From positions 45,284-109,283 of IMG/VR virus record IMGVR_UViG_3300037067_017859: a stretch of DNA of 64,000 nucleotides; one strand, given 5' to 3'. Shown here one piece after another: positions 30,401 through 37,609 of the stretch. Position 1 is the stretch's first letter, and every line of letters begins with the position of its first letter. Below the pieces are notes generated by a model. It saw nothing but the letters and a program-made list of their open reading frames with translations, did no database searches and was not told the DNA's origin. The position numbers and the translations under genes are program-made. Origin of the DNA: a virus. Lineage: Duplodnaviria; Caudoviricetes.

Positions 30401-33400
30401 CAAGTGACAGATAGATGCTTTCACCGGCGAAGCGGCTGGTTTTCGGTCCTGCACCTAAATCACCAGTACCATGGATAGGTATCTGTTTGAAATCAAAGGG
30501 AACGCCTGATTCCAATGCCTTCTTGGCTTCCTTGGAAGTGAAATGCTTAAATATCTGTCCTCCATACTGAGTTGGTGCTTCTGGAGTCGGCTCTGGTTTT
30601 GGAGTTGTTTCAGGGGCAGGCAGAGTTTCCACTGGAGGCGGCGCAAGTTCCTGACGTTGATCGACAGTCCCTTTGGCAATCTCTTCGGCTGATCCAGTAA
30701 GGAAACGGAATTTCCCCTTGCCTTCAACCTGTCTTTTGAGAAGTTGCAATTGAGCTCTTAAATGCTCAGGCTTGGTAACTACAGTCAGAAATTCTTCCCA
30801 GGCGTTCGTTTCTGGATTCCACTTTTCCGCTCTCAACCCTATCGAGGTTGCCGCGGATTTTGGATCCAGGATCCCCATGAGCTTATGTTCTTCCCCATTT
30901 TCGATTGCCAGAAGAATATCGTCTTCTGTAATCATGTTGGGATGATAAAAGAAGGTGCCCTTGCCTGGAACGTCGACGTTCTGTAATTGTGGGATTTCGG
31001 CGACTATTGAGAGGAAATCATTTATCAGATCGCGCTTTTGCCAATCTTGCAACGTCGATTCTGGAACAAACACAACCCGACGCTCTCCACTTCCAATCGT
31101 TTCTATTTGAGACAGAACTGTAGAAGGTTTTTCTGGAACAGTTACCTCGGGCGCTGCCGGCTCCGTGATTGTTTCTGGTCCCGTGATCGATTCAGGAGTA
31201 GGAGGAAGTGATTCAGGTTTTTCATACCGCGGTTCAAGCTTTCCTTCAGCCTCAGCCGCCGCTTTCCTGCCCTTCATTGTCTTGAAAGCTGCCTCTGGAG
31301 ATTCTTCGATCCCATAGGAAAAACCAACTTTCATTTGATCATCGCCAACGATGAAGGGGTTTTCGTCAAACCACTTCTGAGCCTTCTCCATCGCCGCATC
31401 AATTTCTTCCTTCGTATCAGCTTTGGTAACGAAGTCATCTCCACCCAGGCGATATACGGATATTCCAGACTGAATAAATCCTTGGGCTGCATGCTGTAGG
31501 TATCTATCACCCTCATCTTGACCATAGACATCATTGATTTTCTTCATTTTGTCTAAGTCAAGAGAAGCCACGTACTTTTTGAAGGGAGCTCGTTCCCAGG
31601 CGGATCTATTACGAAGCTGAGTGAGTTCATCCGTAAGGAGTTCTTTCTCAATTTCCTCCCGGCTCATCTGAGAAACTTGTTTTCTCCGTGGCCAGTTTTG
31701 CCGGCGATCGGTCTTATCTTCCCTCGCAACTTCTCTTCTATCTACATCAGTTCTGCCGATAGGGAGTTCTTCCGTTGGAGTCGTAGGAGCGCCTGGTGTG
31801 GTTGGCGCTTCGGGTGTGGTAGTCCACTTGCTAGGATCGTAAACCTTATAAGGCCATGAAGGTTCTGTTTTAAGATCTTTTTTTGCCTTTTCAGCCTCCG
31901 TTACATTCCTGATGGCAATGACTCCACCAGCTTCCGGAATGCTATCAAGTTCTGCCTGGATTTTATTTACTTGATCGGCCGCATAAGCAAAACCAGTGTC
32001 ATCTCCTTTTGTTTGCGCCTCGTCCCGGCGCTTAATCATCTCAAAAAGCTGTCTTCCAAGAGAATCTACCCGAGGATCTCTTGTACGCATAACCATGACT
32101 GCTTTTGATCCAGTAAGCTTTTCAAATTCCGCTACCTTCTTTTTGGCATTCGATTCGGCTGCATCAATCTCGTTTTCCAATTGCTGGACTAAGAAGTTTT
32201 CATTTTCTTTAGAAGATTTAAGAAGCCCGGCTATAACATCTGGAGGAATATCTGTTTTACTTAAATAATCAACATACTCTTGATGCCGTTGGCTCACCGT
32301 ATTTCTGAGATAAACCCTAGCCCTGGATGCACCGATTGCAGAGGTAAAAGCAGAGAAGACGGCTCCTGAAACACCACCAGCGATGCCTTGGCGATTGTCT
32401 TCCTTCATATTCATTGGTTCGCCAGAAATACTACTGACAACCCAATCTTGACCGATATTTTGCATCCACTCTTGCCCGAACTCCTCGAGATAGCCTTTAG
32501 CGGATCCGGTCAACATCCCGCGCTTTATCCGGTCTTTAATCCATCTTGTGGCCCATCCTCCACTAATTTTGTCAAGCCTCGAAAGTCCACGTTCAATTGG
32601 CAATGCTTCCGTTGCACCCAATCCAACACCGGCAATAAATGCTGCAAACAATTGGGTAGGATTCGCGCCGGCTTTGTAAGCCTCTTCATAAGTTGATCCT
32701 GCCTGGACAAGAGCACCAGACGCCATAGTAGTGGCCGCTACTGGTAAGCCTGCTTCTCCACCAACTAATCCCATCGCAATGAATCCGATAGTGGACCCGA
32801 GCCCTTGGGGAATCATCGACGCCCAATATTCTTCTTGGAATTTTGGATTTACTGGAAGGCGATCTTCAATCTTCCGTTGGACATCATTTGCCATCTTGTA
32901 AAGTATTGAATTTTCCAGTTTAGGCAAAGGTTCAGGCTCGAGCCCTTTTTCTATCCGGCCGACACCTTCTATCTGTTGCCCGGAAATTTCAGCCAAATGG
33001 GGTATAGCACTAATGCTTTTTATTGCCATTGGCACTTGATCTGCAATGCCTTGGAAGAAAGAATTCACAGCATTTGACATGCGATCGGTAGGAATAGGAA
33101 TTTTACTTTCCTTTATCCTTTGCAGATTCAATTTCGTCATCTGCTCCGGTTTAAGTTCCTCCGTTTTTGTCTTAACATGTTCTAATTTAAAATAAGGATG
33201 CCCGTTGATTATGGTGACTGAAGGTATCGGCTTCCGCGCTTCTTGTAATGCCCTCTCCTTAATCTCTCCTTCGGATACAATTGACTCAGGCAAGGATGGG
33301 ACATTTGGCAATTGCCCCGGAGTGGGCATTTCAACCTTGGCTTCCTCTATTTTCTGAGGTTCAAAAGCCTTACTTACTTTCTGTTCACGCCCCTTTATGA

Positions 33401-34166
33401 TCTTGCCTTTTTGTTCTGGAGTGAGTGTCTGTAATTCCGTTGGTAATTGAAAAGTCTTTGCCCTTTCAACTTCCGCAGGAAGATCAATCGCAATATTTCC
33501 CATCGATGGAGTTCTGAGTCCCGGAGTATCTTCCTTTTTGGTATCCACTCCATTTACAAACCGATTAGGATGATCTTCATCCTTCCACCGACTAGGCCAA
33601 TGATATAAACCATCCTCGGCAAGAATCGGTTGTTGTTTGGCTTTAAATGCCCCTCGATAATCATATTTATGAAGGGGGTTATCTGGATCAGGATCAATCC
33701 CCGCCTTCTGTGCCCATTGGCTATACCATTTTTGGAATGCCTTCTCTTGGTTGGGCTGCAATTGAGTTCTTGGCCTTACTATTTCAGGTTCTTTCTTTCC
33801 CTTTCCCTGTGGGGTTGGCTGTCCCTTAACTCCTTCAGGAGGAGGCGGCAAGCTCGGAGCAAAGAATTTTCCAATAGCGCCGGTAACTTTTTCAATTATG
33901 CCGGGTTCTTTTGGCTTTGCAGCTTCATCTTTGTCAGCGAAGTACTTCTGCCAGTATTTGTGATTTTGCTGGAGGGTTAAATCCTGAGATTCCTTATCCA
34001 GATTAACCAATTCAGGATCGATAGTTTGAAGCAGATTCCTCCGTACCTCTATATCGTCGATACCATGGAAATTGGGATCGAGAAGCAGATCACGCGGAGT
34101 TTTATACTTCTTCTTAAAATTATTCTGCCAGTCAAGATTGGTTGCAGGAGAGGCCCCGGTAGACAT
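21471..34166 (-). CDS. giant polyvalent virion/ejection protein (GGDEF, ART-like, DNA methyltransferase, strawberry-notch helicase, HExxH peptidase, LPD38-like)
   Basis: 4231 aa; TDELT..RNR/DLDK..KIND/RLGGDDF; EPSAGTG and NPPF; GDGTGVGKGRE, DECH, SATG, QFFGRAHRSNQ; HEVGH; C-terminal IPIPKPF. Confidence 0.9.
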   Translation of the reverse strand: MSTGASPATNLDWQNNFKKKYKTPRDLLLDPNFHGIDDIEVRRNLLQTIDPELVNLDKESQDLTLQQNHKYWQKYFADKDEAAKPKEPGIIEKVTGAIGKFFAPSLPPPPEGVKGQPTPQGKGKKEPEIVRPRTQLQPNQEKAFQKWYSQWAQKAGIDPDPDNPLHKYDYRGAFKAKQQPILAEDGLYHWPSRWKDEDHPNRFVNGVDTKKEDTPGLRTPSMGNIAIDLPAEVERAKTFQLPTELQTLTPEQKGKIIKGREQKVSKAFEPQKIEEAKVEMPTPGQLPNVPSLPESIVSEGEIKERALQEARKPIPSVTIINGHPYFKLEHVKTKTEELKPEQMTKLNLQRIKESKIPIPTDRMSNAVNSFFQGIADQVPMAIKSISAIPHLAEISGQQIEGVGRIEKGLEPEPLPKLENSILYKMANDVQRKIEDRLPVNPKFQEEYWASMIPQGLGSTIGFIAMGLVGGEAGLPVAATTMASGALVQAGSTYEEAYKAGANPTQLFAAFIAGVGLGATEALPIERGLSRLDKISGGWATRWIKDRIKRGMLTGSAKGYLEEFGQEWMQNIGQDWVVSSISGEPMNMKEDNRQGIAGGVSGAVFSAFTSAIGASRARVYLRNTVSQRHQEYVDYLSKTDIPPDVIAGLLKSSKENENFLVQQLENEIDAAESNAKKKVAEFEKLTGSKAVMVMRTRDPRVDSLGRQLFEMIKRRDEAQTKGDDTGFAYAADQVNKIQAELDSIPEAGGVIAIRNVTEAEKAKKDLKTEPSWPYKVYDPSKWTTTPEAPTTPGAPTTPTEELPIGRTDVDRREVAREDKTDRRQNWPRRKQVSQMSREEIEKELLTDELTQLRNRSAWERAPFKKYVASLDLDKMKKINDVYGQDEGDRYLQHAAQGFIQSGISVYRLGGDDFVTKADTKEEIDAAMEKAQKWFDENPFIVGDDQMKVGFSYGIEESPEAAFKTMKGRKAAAEAEGKLEPRYEKPESLPPTPESITGPETITEPAAPEVTVPEKPSTVLSQIETIGSGERRVVFVPESTLQDWQKRDLINDFLSIVAEIPQLQNVDVPGKGTFFYHPNMITEDDILLAIENGEEHKLMGILDPKSAATSIGLRAEKWNPETNAWEEFLTVVTKPEHLRAQLQLLKRQVEGKGKFRFLTGSAEEIAKGTVDQRQELAPPPVETLPAPETTPKPEPTPEAPTQYGGQIFKHFTSKEAKKALESGVPFDFKQIPIHGTGDLGAGPKTSRFAGESIYLSLDDDTWSSVLSREGEDVTVDITLENEKELKSKGAEFFYDYEAQKWKAKVGAQVKKTQLESVEFRLDPGAKIIVVDSEQAIKSLASKVGQAFYRDNPEFWKAVAKKYDAVVLKNVKEIADKTDNKFFRQALADQIIVLNPEKASVVRQAEALAPPPAEGQKPEEVVTPPGKPPVPEELVAPPPPVTPPTILDVLPEPPVEKEPAQPEEITRNAQFRVFLDKVKTALVNGEKFNNPKLQAMANEAFGGERGQGKYTLRDMYDVFEGAVSEYIEESGIVDFNDPLATMTRLEELQNRLAVQSDRTTEQIDLQQFSTPPMQAFLAAYALGNSSSPLLGLEPSAGTGMLATMMRIHGYQVRANEIDERRVTVLKLRNFPTTTVDALHLTTTGTSLSDYTPDVILMNPPFSAGPGKLHGMEFGARHVMNALQKLAPGGRLVAIVGEGMGHHRSKFNKWWNQVQAHYNVRADLGLKGSYYQKMGTTYDNRLIVIDKTGPTPGDTGAERSLKVLMDHQLTPGEALEKLSTIAAEDIHERITRPKPIESIQAPPPIAGPVIGPAEPPVGTGGGMPGVTGGRPGVPTGNESRPGELGHIPESGERGPGPSIPGPPPTHIEGKPSDAERIEKAPGLGGEHGAPVSGGPGDVAPIEIALDAQNKVLGEEETDAYVKYQPRKAIYKGAQPHPADLIESATLGSVEAPDITVKLNLPAEVISTGQLSSAQLEAITYAIQRFGTTLPDGKTAGFWIGDGTGVGKGREGAGIIYHYLRETGQKKAVWISATQQLFEDAKRDIGGVGVPLSVIHQNESRFAKGVPIDNTEGVLFTQYMTAAADWKGKRERFNQIVNWLQPTEADKEFEGVIIFDECHAMKNAVGSNQGGASTSATGTDRGEMGLLLAETFPKAKILYVSATGATLAHNMGYMNRLGLWGQGTAFADFDAFMNAMNAGGLGAMEMLSRDLKSLGSFISRQISYRGVNYDYVNHDLNEYQLEQYNKSAKLWSALIKRMEEAEANANQSHGGTRYSQFYSTQQRFFLMLMTTYQMQSVLTHLDESLKKGMAPIVNILSTNETLMRKEVAKAEAAGKSIEDIDIGPRQMIRSYIENYFPLDEYEDVPDPDNPQSTIKVPTGEINQENLRMQEDLLNELEYLNLPDNPIDMIANHLGGWGKVAEISGRTERIEGNKLVRRKPAGKKPGETINNAELRRFQNGEADVLIITGAGSAGISAQSERGIPTEGKRRIMYCAQLSWSADQQMQFFGRAHRSNQVTPPVIMLVKTNVMGQQRLINAVSRRLASLGAVTQGNRESLGGSLFDIEDLTDGYGRTALMSLTHDLAHNNYEVRGDFGNSMDILDAMGWLTPNGSLKPGVDTNVEGFLNRIMVLPVDVQNDIFNNFYSRYQANLAVAKEQGTFDTGISKIRGSNIVITKEEVIYKDPNSHMETKFLEMEGDFKTEKLKWDNIPRSVDLIGFVTNKRSGKISAAYNYVDPLTGALKIDLRTVRFTKNRIEVSDFNENYERVEGTPKEKLVTPERLPGPPVTSLEQAKDLWEKEFAAIPETTRKPVYMVTGAVFPIHDKIIGDGQLHSLRIVRAVLADGSPIIGIQVRTNEIGPLKSRLGMGNDFTKESGLSIFTMVRDGATIELDNNWRIQMTPPIHGERRMEINLARAYREAAVKTLHEQGAITEIIVGGESRRPRAFVPLDEIEGPKLLDKIFERNKPVRVIPTGTPGAPSGGGPTSSASMGLNVGDDGSRSIEVGRGDVPQSIEQARQAADFWLKQAQESIDRILNGQGTVNDQMIVHQNPVIAKHLLNWINTQDSSGWLSERIYVDQVIEEVTDYVNSEADFNKEQSQAEAIHYFPYVEEMMDELKRSQEGEELPKVEEEPTSPMASLPGAPILPAPPQTSGTRQYALPPVIDKKDLVSRNTILTNLAKKLQVPIRYGRFRQRALGIFKINSTAIRIKKAQDVSVAAHEVGHAINKILWGKRGQQLNWQPLVAHRAELEAIATKPLAGQSKLPEGFAEYIRYWITDPAQAAQLCPGVHLMFEGELAHNQDLAEILKEAQRDYKRWLDQTSSAKILSHISVQEPQYDQLGWFEKLYTGIVNHLNPIDVAVKIITKGRNIRMEEDPSKLAQALSGWAARAEHFLQVGTFGKDLDSILGPGLKQILAPMKDRLDDLRITAISLRTLEKKGLKGIEVGITVQEARESLIEQGFDPSALSVATTPAMPGHPSILAFDVNSLRAMTPEAQITKDTLMKLYKYQDDLLTYFRDCGMLSVDQYINIKLLNQFFVPFHRMYEAGAGEKSTESRLKSGSSAVDLWQPVKGMTGSWRPIIDPLESIIKNTYTLINVAERNLVGQALANLSKEDGAGRWISGPLTAKAIPQTFALERIKNALSAAGVDIADPNLNLDQLATIFVYNAVPSPKENIITVYFKGKPTLYQLEPNLYEAVKGLDKDSIGILMRIAAIPASILRTGATGINPEFASRNIARDMLTAWAQTEIGYVPGWDTAKGLAHVLMKDATYKEWMRSGGPHSAMSSMDRNEMKLALRDLMSGKLKYAVRHPIDTLRILSEISEAMTRVSVYAKSREKGESIRAAGFASREANLDFQRIGAWMRGMNLTIPFFNAAIQDVDKFVRVHKRNPKKALLKGAAFQLVSLIIYYLNKDDERYHEAPWWLRDLFWLFPTKGIPGLSGLTPWIPIPKPFSWGMFYATPAERIAEYLDTKDPSAFDDFVRNFLSNITPSLLPTIIKTPIELWRNQNFFTNREIESAWMQKNYLPEYRSNWYTSHFANQTALLLAKSGIHVSPVKIEHAMFSTFGGSARLATKLLLDPVSKIISPPKGGALPTAQLADTPLIRSIAVRFPHASLRSISKVHELWNEINLRYRSRKQSLKENNRFDIPPLTREEKDRYFELKYAVEKFNSINREIHRVIQDREYDSEEKRRRIDNAYMKMLATAQKSLKKLGIRKFKKKTNELQSPPDNNSGSLPEPPEE

Positions 34167-34176
34167 GAATTGTCCT

Positions 34177-35664
34177 CTAATATTTTTTCACAGAAGGCTT
34201 AGGTTTTGTTTCAGGTGGATTCAGTAGATTCCTTGCCGCGGCCGCTGTTCTCTCCGCTGGCTTTTGAGTACTAGCCGGCTTTCTTTTGATTATCTCCCGC
34301 AATTCATTTCGGCTTAATCCAACATTATTTTGCAGCCAAAGGTTAGATTGAGCCAATAGAGCCATATGGGCTTCATCCGCCTCCATGCCGTCCAAATCCG
34401 ATCCTAAATCAACCCGCGCCATTGCATCCGCATGGTTAAGAACGCTCATGGCTTGTTGCGGCGTCATATCCTTGCCGGCCGCTTTTGCCACCTGAGCTTC
34501 TTTCAAAAACTTTGTACGATCGGTACGGTATTCGGCAAGCGCGGAATCACTGACAACTTTGAAATTCGAAGACTTCAATTTGTTATCGAGAATCTTTTGC
34601 TCATTTTTTCTAATAGCCAGGATTACCGCATCCGTATCGGTAACTTCTGGATGAGCCGCCATATAGTTTTTAACCTTTTCATCCATTTTGGCGCTGAGAG
34701 TTGAGACCGTTGTTGGAGGTCCAGTTTCAATCGGAGTTCCCGGAACATATTGCCCGGTATCTTCATCGTAATTATAGACATGCTTCCGCCATTTGCCGTC
34801 TGGACCCTTGAAAGGCTGTTGGTCAATAATCGGCTTTATGGGAGTCCCAAAGGCGTTTTTCATGCCGGTCATATAGGCAAGTCTGACTTCTGCAATCTTC
34901 TCATCGGATTTACCGGCTGCTTTTAATGCTGGAATATATTTATTGAATTCTTCCTCTCTCAACTTTTGAGTTTGTTCATAGACTTGCTTGGATTCAGCCA
35001 ATTTTTGATTTAATTGGATAGGTCCAAGAGTCTCTATTTTTCGCTTTTCAGCATCGAGATCTATTTGCTGTTTCGCAGTAATTGCCGGATTAATAAACTG
35101 CCCCGGGCGCAGTCCTGGCATTGTGGCAGTTGGAGCCGCCGCGGGGGCATTCATTGGTGATGGAGGGGCCGGCAGTCCAGAAGGATTTTCCGCAGTCATC
35201 GTAGAGACTGGACCTGGTACAGGAATCGTATTAGGCGGTGGAGTCGTCTCTGAAGCTGCCCCAAGGGATGGAGGCGGTCCCTCTTGCGCCGGGCTCTGAA
35301 TATTTGATTCCCCACCCGCCGCAGGGGTTTGGCCTTCGCCGCCTGGTTGTTGTCCGGCCGCCGCCTGCTTATTTTTGATCAACCCTTGGATGAGACCGCC
35401 AAGCTTAGTAAGGCCGCCGATCTTCTGGTTCATAGCCTTTTCGGCGTCCATAACAGCTTTATGGGCATTTGTCTCAGCTTCAGTAATGACAGTTTGGGAA
35501 TTCGGATTCCATATAGGTTTTGCCCTTTCATTTTCAGCAACTTCACGCCACTTTTGAGCAACATCCATAAGATTTTTAAATTGCTCTTCACGTTGCCCAT
35601 GGCGTTGAGCCATAGTTTTCTGATAGCCGTTAAAAAATTCGCCAAATGCTGCTCCCCAACCCAT
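34177..35664 (-). CDS. putative ejection/internal virion protein
   Basis: 495 aa, helical with Pro/Gln linker, MGWGAAFG N-terminus; directly upstream of the giant protein. Confidence 0.65.
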   Translation of the reverse strand: MGWGAAFGEFFNGYQKTMAQRHGQREEQFKNLMDVAQKWREVAENERAKPIWNPNSQTVITEAETNAHKAVMDAEKAMNQKIGGLTKLGGLIQGLIKNKQAAAGQQPGGEGQTPAAGGESNIQSPAQEGPPPSLGAASETTPPPNTIPVPGPVSTMTAENPSGLPAPPSPMNAPAAAPTATMPGLRPGQFINPAITAKQQIDLDAEKRKIETLGPIQLNQKLAESKQVYEQTQKLREEEFNKYIPALKAAGKSDEKIAEVRLAYMTGMKNAFGTPIKPIIDQQPFKGPDGKWRKHVYNYDEDTGQYVPGTPIETGPPTTVSTLSAKMDEKVKNYMAAHPEVTDTDAVILAIRKNEQKILDNKLKSSNFKVVSDSALAEYRTDRTKFLKEAQVAKAAGKDMTPQQAMSVLNHADAMARVDLGSDLDGMEADEAHMALLAQSNLWLQNNVGLSRNELREIIKRKPASTQKPAERTAAAARNLLNPPETKPKPSVKKY

Positions 35665-35666
35665 GG

Positions 35667-36014
35667 CTACCTCCTGCTGCTTCTGCGTCCGGCCTTCCGA
35701 GCTCCGGTGCGTTTTCCTTTAACTCTCTTTTCAATCGCCCTGGCCAAGTCCGCTGGCACCACAATTTCCCCGCGCTTCATTCGGTAGATCCCGGTCTTGG
35801 GGACTCTCCCGCCTTTATGCATAGCTGGAGGTTTGACAGTATTGGAAGAAGTGTCAGTATTGGCTTCAGCGGTTGTGTCCTTCACATCAGATGAATTGTC
35901 CGATTCTTCCCGGCTAAAAGCCTTTTTAAACCGAGTAATAAGACTTCCGCCTTTTTCTTTTTCTTTTAATCCACCCGAAATACCGCCTAACAACCCGCCA
36001 AGGAATGAACCCAT
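35667..36014 (-). CDS. small internal virion protein candidate with basic C-terminal tail
   Basis: MGSFLGGLLGG; MHKGGRVPKTG...GEIVVP; ends RKAGRRSSRR. Confidence 0.7.
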   Translation of the reverse strand: MGSFLGGLLGGISGGLKEKEKGGSLITRFKKAFSREESDNSSDVKDTTAEANTDTSSNTVKPPAMHKGGRVPKTGIYRMKRGEIVVPADLARAIEKRVKGKRTGARKAGRRSSRR

Positions 36015-36024
36015 AAATCCTCCA

Positions 36025-36039
36025 GTAAACCCGGTTTAC
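36025..36039. repeat. palindrome GTAAACCCGGTTTAC, copy 2
   Basis: intergenic, immediately before the GGAGG SD of 35667..36014. Confidence 0.9.
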
Positions 36040-36040
36040 A

Positions 36041-36553
36041 TTAGATCATGCCCACTAATGAACCGAGTCCCGAACCTAGACCCATAGCATTTTGCTGACC
36101 CATTTGAGCCAAGCCCATATATGTTCCACCAGCTTGACCATATGAAGAACTTCCGCTTCCCATGCCACTCAAACCTGCTTGCGTTCCTAAATTGGCTTGG
36201 TTCGCCAGTCTGGCTAAAGCTTCGTTAATTCCGCCAGAATAAATTGAAGCTTTTTGTCCGGCCTGCGCAATACCGGCATTCCTCATTGAGATATCACGCA
36301 GGCCCCCCGGAGGTAATTCACCGATGCCCTTCTTGGCCAGGCCATACTGCTGAGTCACCGCATTTATTTGAGGAGCTACGGCGGCCTCAAGCGGGCGCCC
36401 TCCCTTCAAAATATTTGACCAATATTGAGAAGTTTGCTGTCTATATGGCGCCGATTCTCGCCATTGTCCTTGGGCGAAATCAACAAGCTTCCCTCCAATT
36501 TCACCCTGCGTTTTGGCTGTTTGCCGGGCGGCTGATTGGTCGTCTTTGCCCAT
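36041..36553 (-). CDS. Gly/Gln-rich ejection (pilot-like) protein
   Basis: composition and C-terminal GLGSGLGSLVG; position. Confidence 0.65.
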   Translation of the reverse strand: MGKDDQSAARQTAKTQGEIGGKLVDFAQGQWRESAPYRQQTSQYWSNILKGGRPLEAAVAPQINAVTQQYGLAKKGIGELPPGGLRDISMRNAGIAQAGQKASIYSGGINEALARLANQANLGTQAGLSGMGSGSSSYGQAGGTYMGLAQMGQQNAMGLGSGLGSLVGMI

Positions 36554-37170
36554 TACAATCTCCTTTTACTTTCGCGGTACTCCTCTTTCGACAGCCAAGA
36601 GACAATCCCTTCACATATTTTTCCATCGAAGGTGGTATATTGAGGAATCCGGAATAATTCCTTCATGCCCTGTCTTTTGATGAAAATAGAAGATAGTCTA
36701 TTGAGCGCCGGAGTAAGTCCCACAAGGGTATCAATTTTCAAACCTTCAAACCAATATTCCAGGATCATTTCCCCAAAAGATTCGGTATAAGCCGGCTTCT
36801 GGTAATCATTGAAGAATAAGAAACTTCCGGTTGCCTTAGTCATAATTCCACTACAGGAGATGATGTCGGCAAGCCAGGCCATTCCGCAAATATCTATCAG
36901 ATTATTTTGATCGTCCATAAGCCCGAAGATTTGCAGAAGACATTTCTGACCCGAAAAGAAATTCATAAATTCCAAAAGAGTAATATCCGGGTGTTCGTGA
37001 AAAACAATCTTATCTAATCCCTCTTTCTTCAATCGAAAGAACAAGTTAATGAGGGCTTCATGTTGTTCTGTGCCATTCTGAGGTTGGTAAAGGATTATAA
37101 GATATGGTCCCTTACGTGGCTTGAATTCGTATTCAGACTCTTCGATTTTCATAGTTTGTTCTTTTTCCAT
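36553..37170 (-). CDS. GNAT-fold acetyltransferase-like protein
   Basis: CGMAWL...LVGLTPALNRLSSIFIKRQGMK; sits between tail and ejection genes. Confidence 0.6.
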   Translation of the reverse strand: MEKEQTMKIEESEYEFKPRKGPYLIILYQPQNGTEQHEALINLFFRLKKEGLDKIVFHEHPDITLLEFMNFFSGQKCLLQIFGLMDDQNNLIDICGMAWLADIISCSGIMTKATGSFLFFNDYQKPAYTESFGEMILEYWFEGLKIDTLVGLTPALNRLSSIFIKRQGMKELFRIPQYTTFDGKICEGIVSWLSKEEYRESKRRL

Positions 37171-37198
37171 GACGGTTCTCCCTTTTTAATCCATTTTT

Positions 37199-37223
37199 AT
37201 TCTATCACTACACTGTCAAGCCC
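37199..37223 (-). promoter_or_regulatory. late-promoter-like motif, copy D
   Basis: GGGCTTGACA-GTGTAGTGA-TAGAAT. Confidence 0.7.
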
Positions 37224-37606
37224 TAGATATAGCCGAACATATCCTGATTTTCTCCTGTTATTGGAGGAGGTTCTCCGCCGGCGTCCGCCCCAATTAGAAT
37301 AATCCCGGGCCTTGCAATCGACACCGGATCGAGAAAGATATTGTCCGGCGCGGAAACGGTCTCAATTAAGGCCACAAATTCACATGCTTTTATGCTGGGC
37401 GCAGTCAATCTTGTGCGTTCGTCGAACCAAAGAAGTGATCCGCGACTAGAATCCTCCATCAAAAAAATAGTCCTCGGATTCAGGATCGACATCGGATCGA
37501 GAAGAACATTGTCCGGAGTGGAAGTGGTCTCGATAAGTTCGGGATCCGACTGCGCCTTTGTGGCTTCGTCTTTAATCAAACCGAATGCAAATGGATATAT
37601 GCCCAT
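37223..37606 (-). CDS. hypothetical virion-associated protein with internal duplication
   Basis: TPDNVLLDPMSILNP and APDNIFLDPVSIARP. Confidence 0.65.
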   Translation of the reverse strand: MGIYPFAFGLIKDEATKAQSDPELIETTSTPDNVLLDPMSILNPRTIFLMEDSSRGSLLWFDERTRLTAPSIKACEFVALIETVSAPDNIFLDPVSIARPGIILIGADAGGEPPPITGENQDMFGYI

Positions 37607-37609
37607 ATG

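Noticed and set aside
31140-31830. Short Pro/Thr repeats (PTTP, PES/PET) as a repeat element
   Set aside because: They are low-complexity linkers flanking the GGDEF domain.
37211-37223. GGGCTTGACAG as IS200/IS605 or other transposon ends
   Set aside because: There is no transposase, TnpB or IscB nearby. All copies face the same way ahead of start codons with a fixed TANNNT, which fits promoters better.
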